Source of the DNA: Planctomycetota bacterium
Lineage (GTDB): Bacteria > Planctomycetota > JAJSAM01 > JAJVHW01
Direction of reading: 5' to 3'
NCBI GenBank assembly: GCA_965248445.1
Contig: CBDFJG010000004.1
Coordinates: 1,952,001 to 2,016,000, forward strand
Length of the DNA stretch: 64,000 nt
The translations under genes were made by a program, and so were the position numbers. Shown here piece by piece: positions 9,478 through 20,029 of this stretch. Numbering within the stretch: position 1 is the first letter of the stretch; each line of letters begins with the position of its first letter. The notes under the pieces are model-generated. The model searched no databases. It saw nothing but the letters and a program-made list of their open reading frames with translations, and had not been told where the DNA came from.

Positions 9478-10318
9478 AACATCACGGAGCGGAGTCTCAG
9501 CGCGCAGATCGGGGTCAGCGCGATCAGCCTGTCCAACTGTAACCGTTCACCCCTTCGTCGCGAGCCAGGATCCAGATCGTTCGGCCATCGGTCGATCAAG
9601 ATGTTGTGGGCGAGCGGCAGGACGAGGATCTGCGGGCGATGGTCGAGGGCCTTCTGGCCTGGATCGAGGAGCTGGAGCGTCGCGAAGCGAAGCATCTGCG
9701 CCGCATCGACGAGCTCGAGTCGCGTCTGAAGCGTGACTCCCGCAACAGCTCGAGGCCTCCGTCGTCGGACCCGGCGTGGTCCAAGCGCCGTCGCGGCCGA
9801 AGGCCGCGTAGCGGTCGCAAGCAGGGCGGACAGCCGGGCCATGAGGGCACGGCGCGCGAGCTGGTGGATCCGTCCAACGTCGATGAGACCAAGGAGCACC
9901 GTCCCGACCTCTGCGACGCGTGCGGACACGACGATCTCGAGCAGGGCATCGGCGATCCGTACCGGCACCAGGTGACGGTGCTCCCGCGCGTGCTCGTCAC
10001 GGTGCGGGAGCACCGGCTGCACAAGGCGCGGTGCCGGCGCTGTCGTGCGGTCACGACGGCGGTCCTGCCCGATGGCGTGCCGACCGGGGCCTTCGGTCCG
10101 CGGCTGACCACACTTGCCGGCGCGCTGCGCGGCGTGTACCGCGAGCGTGCGGGAGACGCAGCGGCTGCTCGGTGAGATTTTCGGTGTGAAGATGTCGCTG
10201 GGCAAGATCAGCGACTGTGAGCGTCGGCTCAGTGACTCTCTGCACTCGTCGTACCTCGAAGCCCTCGGGGCAGTCCGCACGTCGCTGCGAGCCAACGTGG
10301 ACGAGACGTCGTGGAAGG

Positions 10319-11853
10319 GTACCTGTTCAGCCCTTGATCTGACCGAGGATCCAGATTGTTCCGACGCGGGTCGATGAAGAGTGTGTGGGCACCGACGAGT
10401 TGCGCGAGCTGGTCGAGCGGATGTCGCGTCGGCTGAACGACGCGGAGGAGACGATCGCGTCGCAAGCGGAGGTGATCGAGCGTCAGGCAGCCCGCATCGA
10501 CGAGCTCGAGAGCCGATTGCGACGCGACTCCCGCACATCGTCGCGGCCGCCCTCGTCGGACCCGTCGTGGTCCAAGAGGCGGCGGCGGCGCAAGCCGCCG
10601 TCTGACAAGAAGCAGGGTGCGCAGTCGGGTCACGAGGGCACGACGCGCCAGCTCGTGGACGAGTCCGAGGTCGATGATGTCCAGGACCACCGTCCGCAGG
10701 AGTGCAGCTCCTGCGGTAGCGGCGCACTCATTGCGGTCGATCGTGCCCCCACGCGGCAGCAGGTCTTCGCGCTACCGCCGCGACTGGTCCACGTGACCGA
10801 GCACCGGCTGCACCGCGCTCGCTGCACAGGGTGTGGGATGACGTCCACGGGGCGTCTGCCCGATGGCGTCACCGCCAGTCCCTTCGGTCCACGGCTCACC
10901 GCACTGACTGCCTCGCTGGTCGGAGTCTTCCGGCTGTCGCGGCGGGAGACGAGCCGCCTGCTGCGCGACGTGATCGGCGTGTCGATGTCGCCCGGCACCG
11001 TGAGCGCCATCGAGGAGCGGGTGTCGGGTGCGCTGTCCTCCGCGCACCTCGAGGCACTGGGTGCCGTGCGCACGAGCCGGGTCGCTCACGTGGACGAAAC
11101 ACCGTGGCCTCGTCGCGGCGTCCTGCACTGGCTGTGGAGCGCGGTCAGCGAGCACGCAGTGGTCCACCGGATCGATCGTCGTCGCAGCGCCAAGGCCATG
11201 CGACGACTCATCGGTCGCCGTTACCGCGGCGTCCTGGTCACCGACCGCATGGGCGCCTACGACCGGCACCCGACCGAGCGTCGCCAGATCTGCTGGGCGC
11301 ACCTTGAGCGCGACTTTCGCTCGCTTGCGGAGGGACGATCTGGCGAGCGTCGCTTCGGCAAGAGCGCGGTCTCGCTCGCCCAGGCCGTCATGCGAGCGCA
11401 TCGCCGCTTGGGTGAGCACGGGGACCGCGCAAGGATGCAGCGAGAGCTGCGCCCGACGTGGTCGCGACTGATCGACTTGCTCGTACGCGGGGCGGACAGC
11501 AAGCAGCGTCGAGTCCGCGGGATCAGTCGTCATCTGCTCGCAAGAGCCGAGGCACTTTGGTCCTTCGCCGACGTGCCGGGTGTCTCCCCGACCAACAACA
11601 TCGCCGAGCGCGCCGTGCGCAAACCAGTGCTGTGGCGCCGCGGCACCCACGGCAGCCAGAGCGAGCGGGGCCTGCGCTTCGTCGAGCGCATCTTGACCGT
11701 CACCGCCACCTGCCGGCAGCGCGGCGACAACGTCTTCGACTACCTCGTCGCCGCCACCAGCGCCGCCGGGCTCGGGCAACCGCCGCCGACTCTCGTCGCG
11801 CTGCCGATCAGTCGCTGAGCACGGGGCTGCTCACTCATGACCTGAACAGGTAC
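10319..11853 (+). mobile_element. IS66-family element B nested in element A
   Basis: TIR GTACCTGTTCAG / CTGAACAGGTAC; perfect 8-bp TSD GTGGAAGG at 10311-10318 and 11854-11861. Confidence 0.95.
10385..11818 (+). CDS. IS66 transposase (intact)
   Basis: Coiled coil, SSRPPSSD, zinc ribbon, VDET, VTDR, QICWAHL, TNNIAER. Confidence 0.95.
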   Translation: MGTDELRELVERMSRRLNDAEETIASQAEVIERQAARIDELESRLRRDSRTSSRPPSSDPSWSKRRRRRKPPSDKKQGAQSGHEGTTRQLVDESEVDDVQDHRPQECSSCGSGALIAVDRAPTRQQVFALPPRLVHVTEHRLHRARCTGCGMTSTGRLPDGVTASPFGPRLTALTASLVGVFRLSRRETSRLLRDVIGVSMSPGTVSAIEERVSGALSSAHLEALGAVRTSRVAHVDETPWPRRGVLHWLWSAVSEHAVVHRIDRRRSAKAMRRLIGRRYRGVLVTDRMGAYDRHPTERRQICWAHLERDFRSLAEGRSGERRFGKSAVSLAQAVMRAHRRLGEHGDRARMQRELRPTWSRLIDLLVRGADSKQRRVRGISRHLLARAEALWSFADVPGVSPTNNIAERAVRKPVLWRRGTHGSQSERGLRFVERILTVTATCRQRGDNVFDYLVAATSAAGLGQPPPTLVALPISR

Positions 11854-12732
11854 GTGGAAGGAACGGGGCCGGGTGTGCTGGCTGTGGGCGGCGGAGAGCG
11901 AGCACGCCACAGCCTTCGGGATCGATCGCCGCCGCAGTGCCAAGGCGAAAGGGCGGCTGATCGGGCGGCGCTTCGGTGGCACGGTGATCAGCGACCGGAT
12001 GGGTGCCTACGAGTCACACCCACTTGCCCGCCGCCAGCTCTGCTGGGCGCACATCGAGCGCGCCTTCCGTGCGCTGGCCGAAGGCCCGCGAGGACATCGC
12101 CGCTTCGGCAACAAGGGCGTCATGATCGCGCAGTCGGTCATGCGCAGCTACCGGCTCTTCGGTGAGCACGGCGACCGTGACCGGCTGCAAGGCGAAGCCG
12201 CTGTGCTGCGCGGACGGCTCGAGCGACTGATCGCGAACGACGACTCGGCTCTGGCCAACCATCTGCGCCCCCGCGTGGTCGCCCTCTTCACCTATGCGCG
12301 GACCCAGGACGTGAGTCCGACGAACAACGCCGCCGAGCGCGCGGTCCGCAAAGCGGTGCTCTGGCGCAAGGGCTCCTTCGGAAGCCAGTCCGCTCGCGGA
12401 CTCCGCTTCGCCGAGCGCGTGTTGACCGCCGCGGCCACGCTGCGACGCCGTGGCGACCAAGTCTTCGACTTCCTCGCCGACTCGGTCGCCGCGCACCTCA
12501 CCGGCGCCGACCCGCCCGTCATGGTCCCGCTGCCCGTCGCACGCTGAGGCTCACACGCTGTCAAGGGGTGAACGGTTACGACACGTCCCGGTCCCGCGAC
12601 CTCGGCGCTCTGTCCTCGTTCAGCACGGCTATTGCGTTGCAGAGAGTCGAAACTACGCCTACTAGCGTGTCTTCACGCTGCACTGCTTCTCTCATTCTCG
12701 ATCATGCGGGAGGATGCCCGTCCTCCCCGATC

Positions 12733-14220
12733 TCATCGCGTGTCTCTCAGTGAATCGAGTGCTAGCACCGCCTTCGCGCGCACATCGTCATCGCCGTCAT
12801 GGAGTGACACTTCGCCGAGCGTCTCGATCGCAAAAGTGCGTAACGCCCTGTCGCCCTTTGAGCCCACACGACGCAGCACAGAGACTACAAGGAGCCGCAG
12901 CTCAGCACTTGTCGAGGAATCGGAGGTCAGCCCACGTGCCACGCGCTTGCCTCTGGAGCGAGCATCGGCGCCCCACTGCTTGGGGACGAACTCGTTTCCC
13001 AGAAGCACCTGGAGTGCGCGAGCACGGACCGTCGGTCTCACGGTGGAGTCCATTGCCACGCGTTCGGCTGCGGCGAACTCGCCTGCAACGGCCAGCGCTT
13101 GGAGCGTACGCAATGCCGCTGGGTCGTCTCCTTGCCGCACAATTGTGTCCACATGCGCTGCAAGCGGCAGGACATCAATGGACATCCGTGCGGCCTTGAG
13201 CACTACCGAGGACAGGCTGACCAGAGTCTGCACAGACGCGTCCGCTTCGAGGACGCTCGCAACGCGATCTGCCGAGACCAACCATGAAACCAACGCCGTT
13301 CGAGTGTCGACGTCTATCTCGCCCTGCCGCAGGACTTCCAATGACACGGGAATGCCCAACTCGCCGAAATCCGGAAGGTACCGTAGCGCGTCCTCACGCA
13401 CGTCGCGCGGCCCCCGCAGCGCCGCCATCCGCACGAGGGGGAGTACGTCGCGACGAAGCCCATCCGATCGCTCGTCGAGGGTGAGCTCGCTGAGAAGGAC
13501 GCTGAGCGTCGACCAGCGCAGCGACTGGTCCTCGTCTACCATTGCGATCTCGCGGAGACGGTCGATCACGGGAGCCGGAAGATCCTCGTCCGCCGACGCC
13601 GCAATCGTGAGGCCGGCCGCGCGCCACTGAGATTCCGGATGCTGCATGAGGGCGAGCGAGAGTTCCGCCAGATTGGTATCATCGGCTTCGGCGGCGCGCT
13701 CCGCGAGGCTTCCGGAAAGAGGTCGCAAGTCGAGTCCAGTGGGCGACTCCGGCCGCACAACCGAGTGAAGCGCCGAGACGGCCGCCGACGGTTCGACGAG
13801 GCTGAACAGGGTGTCAGCGATCATGTCCGCTTCGTCCCACTCCTCGCGCGACCGTGCCTGCGCAAGCAGTGAGGCCTGGATGGCCACGGCCGGTGGCAGG
13901 GGCGTGCCCTCCAACTCGGAAGCTAGCGCGACATGCTCGGCGCCTAGCTGCGCAGGATCGCGCAACGCACGGATCAACACCTCGAGTGGAGTCGTACCGG
14001 TCTCTGCCTCAACGGCCTCAGCCCGTTCGGGCGGGCGGACCCGGCCGTCACGCGCCGCTCCATGATCGTGCTGCGCATCAGACCGTCGTGGCGTACCCCG
14101 AGTTCGCTCGTTCGTCGGCACCCGACTTGCCCCACCACTATCCCAGGCACGCGGCATGAGCACCGCGACGATGCCCACGAGGACGATCATCACGGCCGCA
14201 GTTCGCCAACTGAGCGACAC
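12733..14220 (-). CDS. membrane-anchored HEAT/ARM-repeat-like protein; candidate RHS immunity/accessory protein
   Basis: N-terminal TM; helical repeats such as DVREDALRYL, TVRARALQVL, DVRAKAVLAL; directly downstream of RHS. Confidence 0.7.
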   Translation of the reverse strand: MSLSWRTAAVMIVLVGIVAVLMPRAWDSGGASRVPTNERTRGTPRRSDAQHDHGAARDGRVRPPERAEAVEAETGTTPLEVLIRALRDPAQLGAEHVALASELEGTPLPPAVAIQASLLAQARSREEWDEADMIADTLFSLVEPSAAVSALHSVVRPESPTGLDLRPLSGSLAERAAEADDTNLAELSLALMQHPESQWRAAGLTIAASADEDLPAPVIDRLREIAMVDEDQSLRWSTLSVLLSELTLDERSDGLRRDVLPLVRMAALRGPRDVREDALRYLPDFGELGIPVSLEVLRQGEIDVDTRTALVSWLVSADRVASVLEADASVQTLVSLSSVVLKAARMSIDVLPLAAHVDTIVRQGDDPAALRTLQALAVAGEFAAAERVAMDSTVRPTVRARALQVLLGNEFVPKQWGADARSRGKRVARGLTSDSSTSAELRLLVVSVLRRVGSKGDRALRTFAIETLGEVSLHDGDDDVRAKAVLALDSLRDTR

Positions 14221-14303
14221 AATGCGTTACCCGTCCAGCGCCGATTGGACGTCAGCCGTGGCCGCCTCGGCGCCCATGCCATCGCTCAATAGACTCGCCG
14301 TCA

Positions 14304-17300
14304 CTAGAATGTTCCCTGGTTGATGCGACTCAAATACGTTGCCTGCCATTGGCTACCGTTCGTGAGTCTCTTCCGCATTTCCCAGACAGAGATGGGCCTT
14401 GAGCATCCGCAAGAACAGTAGATCGGATCGAAGATATCGTAGAAATCCTCGATATCCTCGTCTGACGCGCCCGCTGGGTGCTTCGAGTTATTCTCCTTCG
14501 ACTTGTTCGCCTTGATCATCGCCTGCAAGCGCGCGCGAGTATTCTTGGTCACCTGCGCGTGGCTGTCGGGTTTCGCCTTCTTGTTGTTCTTGTGATGCTC
14601 GTCTTCGTGAAGTCCTGCCACGAATACGTCCCAGAACGCCTCGCCGAAGCAGGGGCAGAAGGCGTCGGGATCTGGCATGTCCAGGCGAATCTTGTTCGTG
14701 GTCGGATCCGTCTCGCCGGCGGCGGCGCCTCCATGCCCCCCAGATGGCGGCGACTCCGGCCCGTACCCGGACGTGTCGTCGGCGCTTCCGTCGTCGAGTC
14801 CATCGTCACCCATCTGCTTGATCAGACCGTCAATCACTTTCATAGCCTTCTTTGCCGCCTGGTCATTGTCTGCCTGAGACGCATCGTCCAGCCCCATTGC
14901 GTCTGTACGACGCACGGGGGAATTCGAAGCGTACATGTACAGGCTCGGTCCATCCGCATATCCGGTCGCGTCACGCTGCACGAACCTCCGCAACTCCGCC
15001 GAGTACGCCCGCGCCCGGTAGTGGTACAATCCGCTCTCCTCGTCCATCCGCCTCCCGGTGAACATCCACGGGTTTTCGATCTGCGATGAGGTCACTGAGC
15101 CGCCGTTGATGTCCGAGATCGCGACCGTCCCGTACGGGTCGTAGCTGTAGCTCTCGACCACAGCCTCGTCGGGATCCGTGACGTGCGTGACCGACCCCAC
15201 GAGCTGCCCGTGGTAGTAGAAGCGCTTGAGCTCCGTGGTGTTGCTGTCGCTGTCCACGTCGGCGACGTCCGGCGCTTCCATCACCGCCGGATCGTCGATC
15301 TTGTCACTGTAGGCGTACAGGCGAAGCAGATCGGTTCCGTCGTACTCCTCAATCACGCTGTTGCCGTCATAGATGTAGCGCGACGTGTCGCTGCCGACGG
15401 TCTTCTTCGTGCGTCGGCCGCGGCCGAGCGCGTCGTACTTGTACTCGCCGAGCACGGCAGAGTCGCTCTTGCGCGTCACCTTGAGGAGGTGGTTGTGGGC
15501 GTCGTAGGCGTAGGTGTTGGTGCCGTCGTCTGTGAGGTTGCCGCTGGCGTCGTAGGTGTGCGTCGTGCCGCCGACGGCCGTGTACTCGTTGACGGCGTTC
15601 GACGTGTAGCTGGTCGTCGTCGCACTTCCGCCGTAGGGCGTCACCACGTAGGACGTCAGGTTGAAGACATCGTCCATGTTGTAATCGCGCTTCTCGTCGT
15701 ACGTCTCGGTGCCGGGGTTGGCGAGTTCGTTCGCCGGATCCGCCACCGCCATCAGGGTCTTCGTCAGACGGTTCGCCTGGTCGTAGGTGTACAGTTCGCC
15801 GGCGCCTGACTCGTGGCCTCGTGCCTCGTAGAGGGGGTTCGAGTTCGCGTCCCACGCGTAGTCGAACGACGCGAACTCCGGGCTGCTCGAATCCTCGTGC
15901 GCGATCTCGACGATGCGGCGGTAGCCGTCGTAGCCGACCGTCGTGGTCGTGCCGTTCCCGAAGGTGACCGTGTCCCGTCGGTGGTGCCGGCCGATCACGC
16001 CGAAGGACACGATCGAGGTGTCCGTCTTGTCGTCCACCTCCATCAGGCAGCAGACCTCGTCGTAGGTCCGCCGCGCCTCGAACGTTGAGGGGTATGTCAC
16101 TCTGGTCTTGTTGGACTCCGCGTCCCACGTGTACGTGACGGTCTTCGCCTCGCTGCCCAGTGGATTGCTGCCCTGCTTCTCGGTCAGGACGCGCGAGAGC
16201 GAGTCGTATGTGAGCTGCACGATGGCGTCGTTGTCTTTGGCCTCGGTCAGACGGTTGAGGCCGTCGTAGGCGAAGTCCTCGTCGGTGTCGCCGAGGACGC
16301 CAGTGCCCTTGGTGATGTCGCGGGCGATCAGACGGTCGAGATCGTCGAAGTCCTGGTCGAACTCGGTGCCGTTCTGATCGATGATCGTCGTTGCGTTGCC
16401 GTTCGCATCGAGACTGAGCGTGACCACGCCGGAGTCGGCGTAGGTGACTTCCTCAAGGCGGTTCATGAGGTCGTAGTCGTACTGCGTCTCGTTCCCCGCG
16501 TCGTCGCGATAGACGATCACGTTGTTGTGGATGTCGAAGTCCCACTCGATGTCAAGGGACGCGCCCGACCCCAGATCGACGCTCTTCTTCGTGATGCGTG
16601 CCAGGCCGTCCGAGAACAACTCCGTGTCGGTGCCATCCGGCTCGATCTCCACTCTCGCCACGCTGAGCGCGTCGAGCTTCCACTCCGTCACGAGACTGTT
16701 CGCGGAGTTCGCGGCGTCGATGCGCTTCTGCGTCCTCCTTCGGTTCAAGGCGTCGTAAGTGAACTCCGTCTCGTAGACCTCGCTGACCGTCGTGCCGTGC
16801 AGGAACTCAGTCTCCTTGATCTCCGTGACGTTCCCGTTCGCATCGAGCGTGTACTCCTCCAGGTTGCCGATGGCATCGGTGTCCTTCGTGAGCCGGCCCG
16901 CGCCGTCGTAGACACGAGTCGTGTCGTATCCCCGCCGGTCGTTGAGCACCGTGGTGAGGCCGCGCCTGTCGAGTGTCCTCGTCCGATACAACCAGGTGTC
17001 CGGCGTTCCTTGGAGCACCGCCTCGCTCTGCCAGAGCCGGTTGATCTCGTCGTAGTTGCGCTTCTCGTGGGCGAGGAGGTCGTCTGCCGACGGGTCGTTG
17101 TCCTGCCAGCTCTTGCGTTCGGTCAGGTTGTTCGCCTTGTCGTACGCGAGCTGCGTGTAATGGCCCAACGCGTTGGTGCCTTGGGTGGGCCGATCGAAGA
17201 GGTCGAACATCGCTGTCGAACTCTTGCCGCGAGGGTTCGTCACGGAGGTCCGATTGCGGTTCCCGTCGTAATCGATGGTCGTCGTGGCGGCGATGTGTCC

Positions 17301-19502
17301 CGTTCCGGGGTCGGCGACGCGCTTCTGCAGTAAGTCGCGCTCGTCGAACGTGAACTCGACACGTACGTCACCGCGCTGCATGGCGGACCGGTTGTCGTTC
17401 GGGTCGTACTCGAACGTCGTGGTGCGAGTCGTCGTGGCGGTGATGTCCTCGACGGCGGACGCTAGGTCGTTCTCGACGGTGTACGTGTAACTCGCCTCCC
17501 ACCACTGGGGAGTGGAGCTCCAGATGCCCAAGTGATCGATGTTCTTGATCTCGCGCTTGGTGACATTGAGGTTGCCGTCGTAGGTCAACTTCGTGATGTA
17601 GCCCAGAGCGGTGGGGGCGGCAACCTGCGTGACGTTGCCGTACCGCTCGACCGTCAGGTTGGTCGTGTTCCCGCGGGGATCCGTGATCGCATTGACGTCA
17701 CCCCAGTTCTCGTAAGCGATGGTGGTCAGGAGTCCCAGTCCGCCTTGATCGACGGTCTTCGTCGACAGGAGAGCCTTCGTGTTGCCGGTTGCGAAGTACG
17801 TGTACGCCGTCACGTACCCCTCACCGTCGGTGAAGGAAGCCACTGTGCCGTCCGTGTTGAACGTGTAGCTGTTCGTGATGGTCACGTTCGGCGTGAGGTT
17901 CGTGATCGTCGGGAACGTGATCCTCGTCGGCTGGCCCGCCGCGTTCAGGGTGTACGTCGTCGTGTTCCCTCGACCGTCCGTGTAGCTCGTGACGCCGTAG
18001 TTCTTGGTCGAGTCATAGGCCCAAGTGTTGACGATGTCGTTCGTCGCACTGTCGGCCGCCGTCATGTCCTCCTTGTGGCGCCGCTTGGTTGCGAGCTTCG
18101 CCGTGTTGAGCGTGTATTTGAGCCCGTTGCCACGCGGGTACGTCACGGTGAGGAGATAGCCGGCGGAGTCGTGCGCCCACTTGGTCGTGTAGTCACCCTC
18201 GCCGGTCCGCACGCCGCGGTTCGTCTCCTCGACGACCTGCGTGGGAGTGAGCGTCGAGGCGCTGTAGGTCCACACCTCACGGTTGCCGGCGCGGTCGGTC
18301 ACGGTCGTCTGGTTCGTGAGCGGCGTGTACGCCAGCGTCATCGTGTCCGTGCCGCCGATCGTCTGCACGGTGACGCGGTCCGTGCCGTCGTACTGATTAT
18401 TGATGTGCGAATTCCCGCGGCCGTCGATCTCCGCGATCATGTTGCCGTTCAGCGCCGCGGTGGCGGAGCCGTTGATGTAGAGGAACTGCGTCCAGACGCC
18501 GCCGGGGAAGCTCGTCGTCGGCGGCCCCTCGATGCGCATGAGCTGCGTCTTGATGTTGTAGTGAAGTGTCCACGCGGCTCCATCGGCCGTCGTAATCGAC
18601 ATCAGGCGCCCGGTCGCCGGGTAGTACGCCAGCGTGTGCGCCAGCCCGCGGCTGTCGCCGATCATCGTGATCTGGCCGGCGGGGTTGCGCGCGTAGTTCG
18701 TCGTGTTACCGAACGCGTCCGCGACCGACGTGAGCCAGCCGTTCGAGTAGGTCCACGTGCCGCCCTCGGGGAGCGTTCGTACGTAGCCGCCAGGGGTCGC
18801 CGTGAGGGTGTCCCGCAGGCCGACCGGTGTCGTGTAACCGACGCCGTTGAACAGGTACGTGCTGAGGACGCCTGTCTCCTTGAGGATCGCGACGTCGCCG
18901 GCGCCGTTGACGGTGTAGCTAGAATCGAGCACGCTGCCCATGCCGTACCCGACTGAGCTGTCGAACGCGCTCTGCGAGTTGTAGGTCAGGGCGATGCCGG
19001 ATTCGCTCGTGCTGGCCACCATCATCGTGGGGGCGTTCGAGACCGAGCAGCACTCCGGCATCAGGATCATCGGGCGGACGCCGCGGGATCGGCCGATCGT
19101 GTAACGCCGCGCGAACGCGCCGTTGTGAATGGCCAAGCTGCGCCCCACGAACGCCGACTGCCCCGAGGGCGCAAAGGGCTCCGCCGTCATGAAACCGGCG
19201 AGCGTCGGGACCGTGGCTCCGTCGTGCACACCCGGGCCACCGTCGAGCGGGGACGGGTCGATGAGATCGAGCAAGGTGTCGAAGTCCGAGTCGGGGTTGT
19301 TGGGATCGGTGCCCGTCTCGAACACCTCCTTGAAGTCGTTCCAGCCATCGCCGTCGCTGTCGGCGGCTGCCGGGTTGGTGCCGAGGATCGTGCCCTCGAA
19401 GACGTCGTCCAGTCCGTCGCCGTCGGTGTCCGCGGCGAACGCCGCTGTCGTCCAACCGAAGAGCAGCACGGCAGCCAGCGAGAACGCGTGCTTCGTCCGC
19501 AT
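14304..19502 (-). CDS. Sec-signal RHS/YD-repeat protein with N-terminal DxDxDG (TSP3-like) Ca-binding repeats and C-terminal HExxH domain
   Basis: Start MRTKHAFSLAAV at 19502 (TGATG-coupled); DTDGDGLDD/DSDGDGWND; YD repeats; RHS core FTGRRMDEESGLYHYRARAY...NSPVRRTDAMGL; LHEDEHH at ~14592-14612. Confidence 0.92.
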   Translation of the reverse strand: MRTKHAFSLAAVLLFGWTTAAFAADTDGDGLDDVFEGTILGTNPAAADSDGDGWNDFKEVFETGTDPNNPDSDFDTLLDLIDPSPLDGGPGVHDGATVPTLAGFMTAEPFAPSGQSAFVGRSLAIHNGAFARRYTIGRSRGVRPMILMPECCSVSNAPTMMVASTSESGIALTYNSQSAFDSSVGYGMGSVLDSSYTVNGAGDVAILKETGVLSTYLFNGVGYTTPVGLRDTLTATPGGYVRTLPEGGTWTYSNGWLTSVADAFGNTTNYARNPAGQITMIGDSRGLAHTLAYYPATGRLMSITTADGAAWTLHYNIKTQLMRIEGPPTTSFPGGVWTQFLYINGSATAALNGNMIAEIDGRGNSHINNQYDGTDRVTVQTIGGTDTMTLAYTPLTNQTTVTDRAGNREVWTYSASTLTPTQVVEETNRGVRTGEGDYTTKWAHDSAGYLLTVTYPRGNGLKYTLNTAKLATKRRHKEDMTAADSATNDIVNTWAYDSTKNYGVTSYTDGRGNTTTYTLNAAGQPTRITFPTITNLTPNVTITNSYTFNTDGTVASFTDGEGYVTAYTYFATGNTKALLSTKTVDQGGLGLLTTIAYENWGDVNAITDPRGNTTNLTVERYGNVTQVAAPTALGYITKLTYDGNLNVTKREIKNIDHLGIWSSTPQWWEASYTYTVENDLASAVEDITATTTRTTTFEYDPNDNRSAMQRGDVRVEFTFDERDLLQKRVADPGTGHIAATTTIDYDGNRNRTSVTNPRGKSSTAMFDLFDRPTQGTNALGHYTQLAYDKANNLTERKSWQDNDPSADDLLAHEKRNYDEINRLWQSEAVLQGTPDTWLYRTRTLDRRGLTTVLNDRRGYDTTRVYDGAGRLTKDTDAIGNLEEYTLDANGNVTEIKETEFLHGTTVSEVYETEFTYDALNRRRTQKRIDAANSANSLVTEWKLDALSVARVEIEPDGTDTELFSDGLARITKKSVDLGSGASLDIEWDFDIHNNVIVYRDDAGNETQYDYDLMNRLEEVTYADSGVVTLSLDANGNATTIIDQNGTEFDQDFDDLDRLIARDITKGTGVLGDTDEDFAYDGLNRLTEAKDNDAIVQLTYDSLSRVLTEKQGSNPLGSEAKTVTYTWDAESNKTRVTYPSTFEARRTYDEVCCLMEVDDKTDTSIVSFGVIGRHHRRDTVTFGNGTTTTVGYDGYRRIVEIAHEDSSSPEFASFDYAWDANSNPLYEARGHESGAGELYTYDQANRLTKTLMAVADPANELANPGTETYDEKRDYNMDDVFNLTSYVVTPYGGSATTTSYTSNAVNEYTAVGGTTHTYDASGNLTDDGTNTYAYDAHNHLLKVTRKSDSAVLGEYKYDALGRGRRTKKTVGSDTSRYIYDGNSVIEEYDGTDLLRLYAYSDKIDDPAVMEAPDVADVDSDSNTTELKRFYYHGQLVGSVTHVTDPDEAVVESYSYDPYGTVAISDINGGSVTSSQIENPWMFTGRRMDEESGLYHYRARAYSAELRRFVQRDATGYADGPSLYMYASNSPVRRTDAMGLDDASQADNDQAAKKAMKVIDGLIKQMGDDGLDDGSADDTSGYGPESPPSGGHGGAAAGETDPTTNKIRLDMPDPDAFCPCFGEAFWDVFVAGLHEDEHHKNNKKAKPDSHAQVTKNTRARLQAMIKANKSKENNSKHPAGASDEDIEDFYDIFDPIYCSCGCSRPISVWEMRKRLTNGSQWQATYLSRINQGTF

Positions 19503-20002
19503 CAGCGGCCCCCTTCCCCGAACAGGCCACCGCGGATCGCGAGCGCCATGCCCTGGAGACGCTGGTTCGTGCCCGCCTTCGCGTTCACGTACGAGCTCAC
19601 GTCCTTCCACTTCTTGCTGTCGGACTTCTCTGCGCGACACCAGGCAGCGAGCGCGGCGCACCGCACGCCGTCGGTCCGCTTGGTGTCCTCGTAGATGATC
19701 TTCAGCTTCGCGCGAGCGCCTGAGTAGTCGCCGCGACCGATCGTGGCGATCGCCATCGCGGCCAGCTTGTCGTCCTTGCTCGCCGCCATGGCAGTAAGCG
19801 CGCTCCGAGACGCGCCGGTGCCGATGCCCAGAAGCTCCTCCATCAGCGCCGCGCGACGCGAGACACCGATCGGCGACTCGCAGATCGTTCGGAGGCGTGT
19901 GACCCTCTCGTTGCTCGGGCCAGAGTGCGCCGTGGCTGACAGCGCCACGGCCACCAGGGCAAGAAGTCCGAACGCGAGATTGCGTGAACGAGACCGGGTC
20001 AT
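19502..20002 (-). CDS. small secreted HEAT-like protein translationally coupled to RHS
   Basis: GGAGG RBS, signal peptide, helical repeats (GVRCAALAAW); stop overlaps RHS ATG. Confidence 0.75.
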   Translation of the reverse strand: MTRSRSRNLAFGLLALVAVALSATAHSGPSNERVTRLRTICESPIGVSRRAALMEELLGIGTGASRSALTAMAASKDDKLAAMAIATIGRGDYSGARAKLKIIYEDTKRTDGVRCAALAAWCRAEKSDSKKWKDVSSYVNAKAGTNQRLQGMALAIRGGLFGEGGR

Positions 20003-20029
20003 CGGAAGTTCCTCCATTTGCTGCGCTCG

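Larger units (their letters stand above)
9606..12547 (+). pseudogene. IS66 transposase of element A, frameshifted (~10143) and split by element B
   Basis: NSSRPPSSD, GGQPGHEG, CxxC motifs; VDETSWK|ERGRVCWLW rejoins across the insertion; TNNAAER motif. Confidence 0.88.
9539..12579 (+). mobile_element. IS66-family element A (single-ORF, ISBst12-like), interrupted by IS66 element B
   Basis: TIRs GTAACCGTTCACCCCTT at 9539 and AAGGGGTGAACGGTTAC ending 12579; no flanking TSD seen. Confidence 0.9.
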
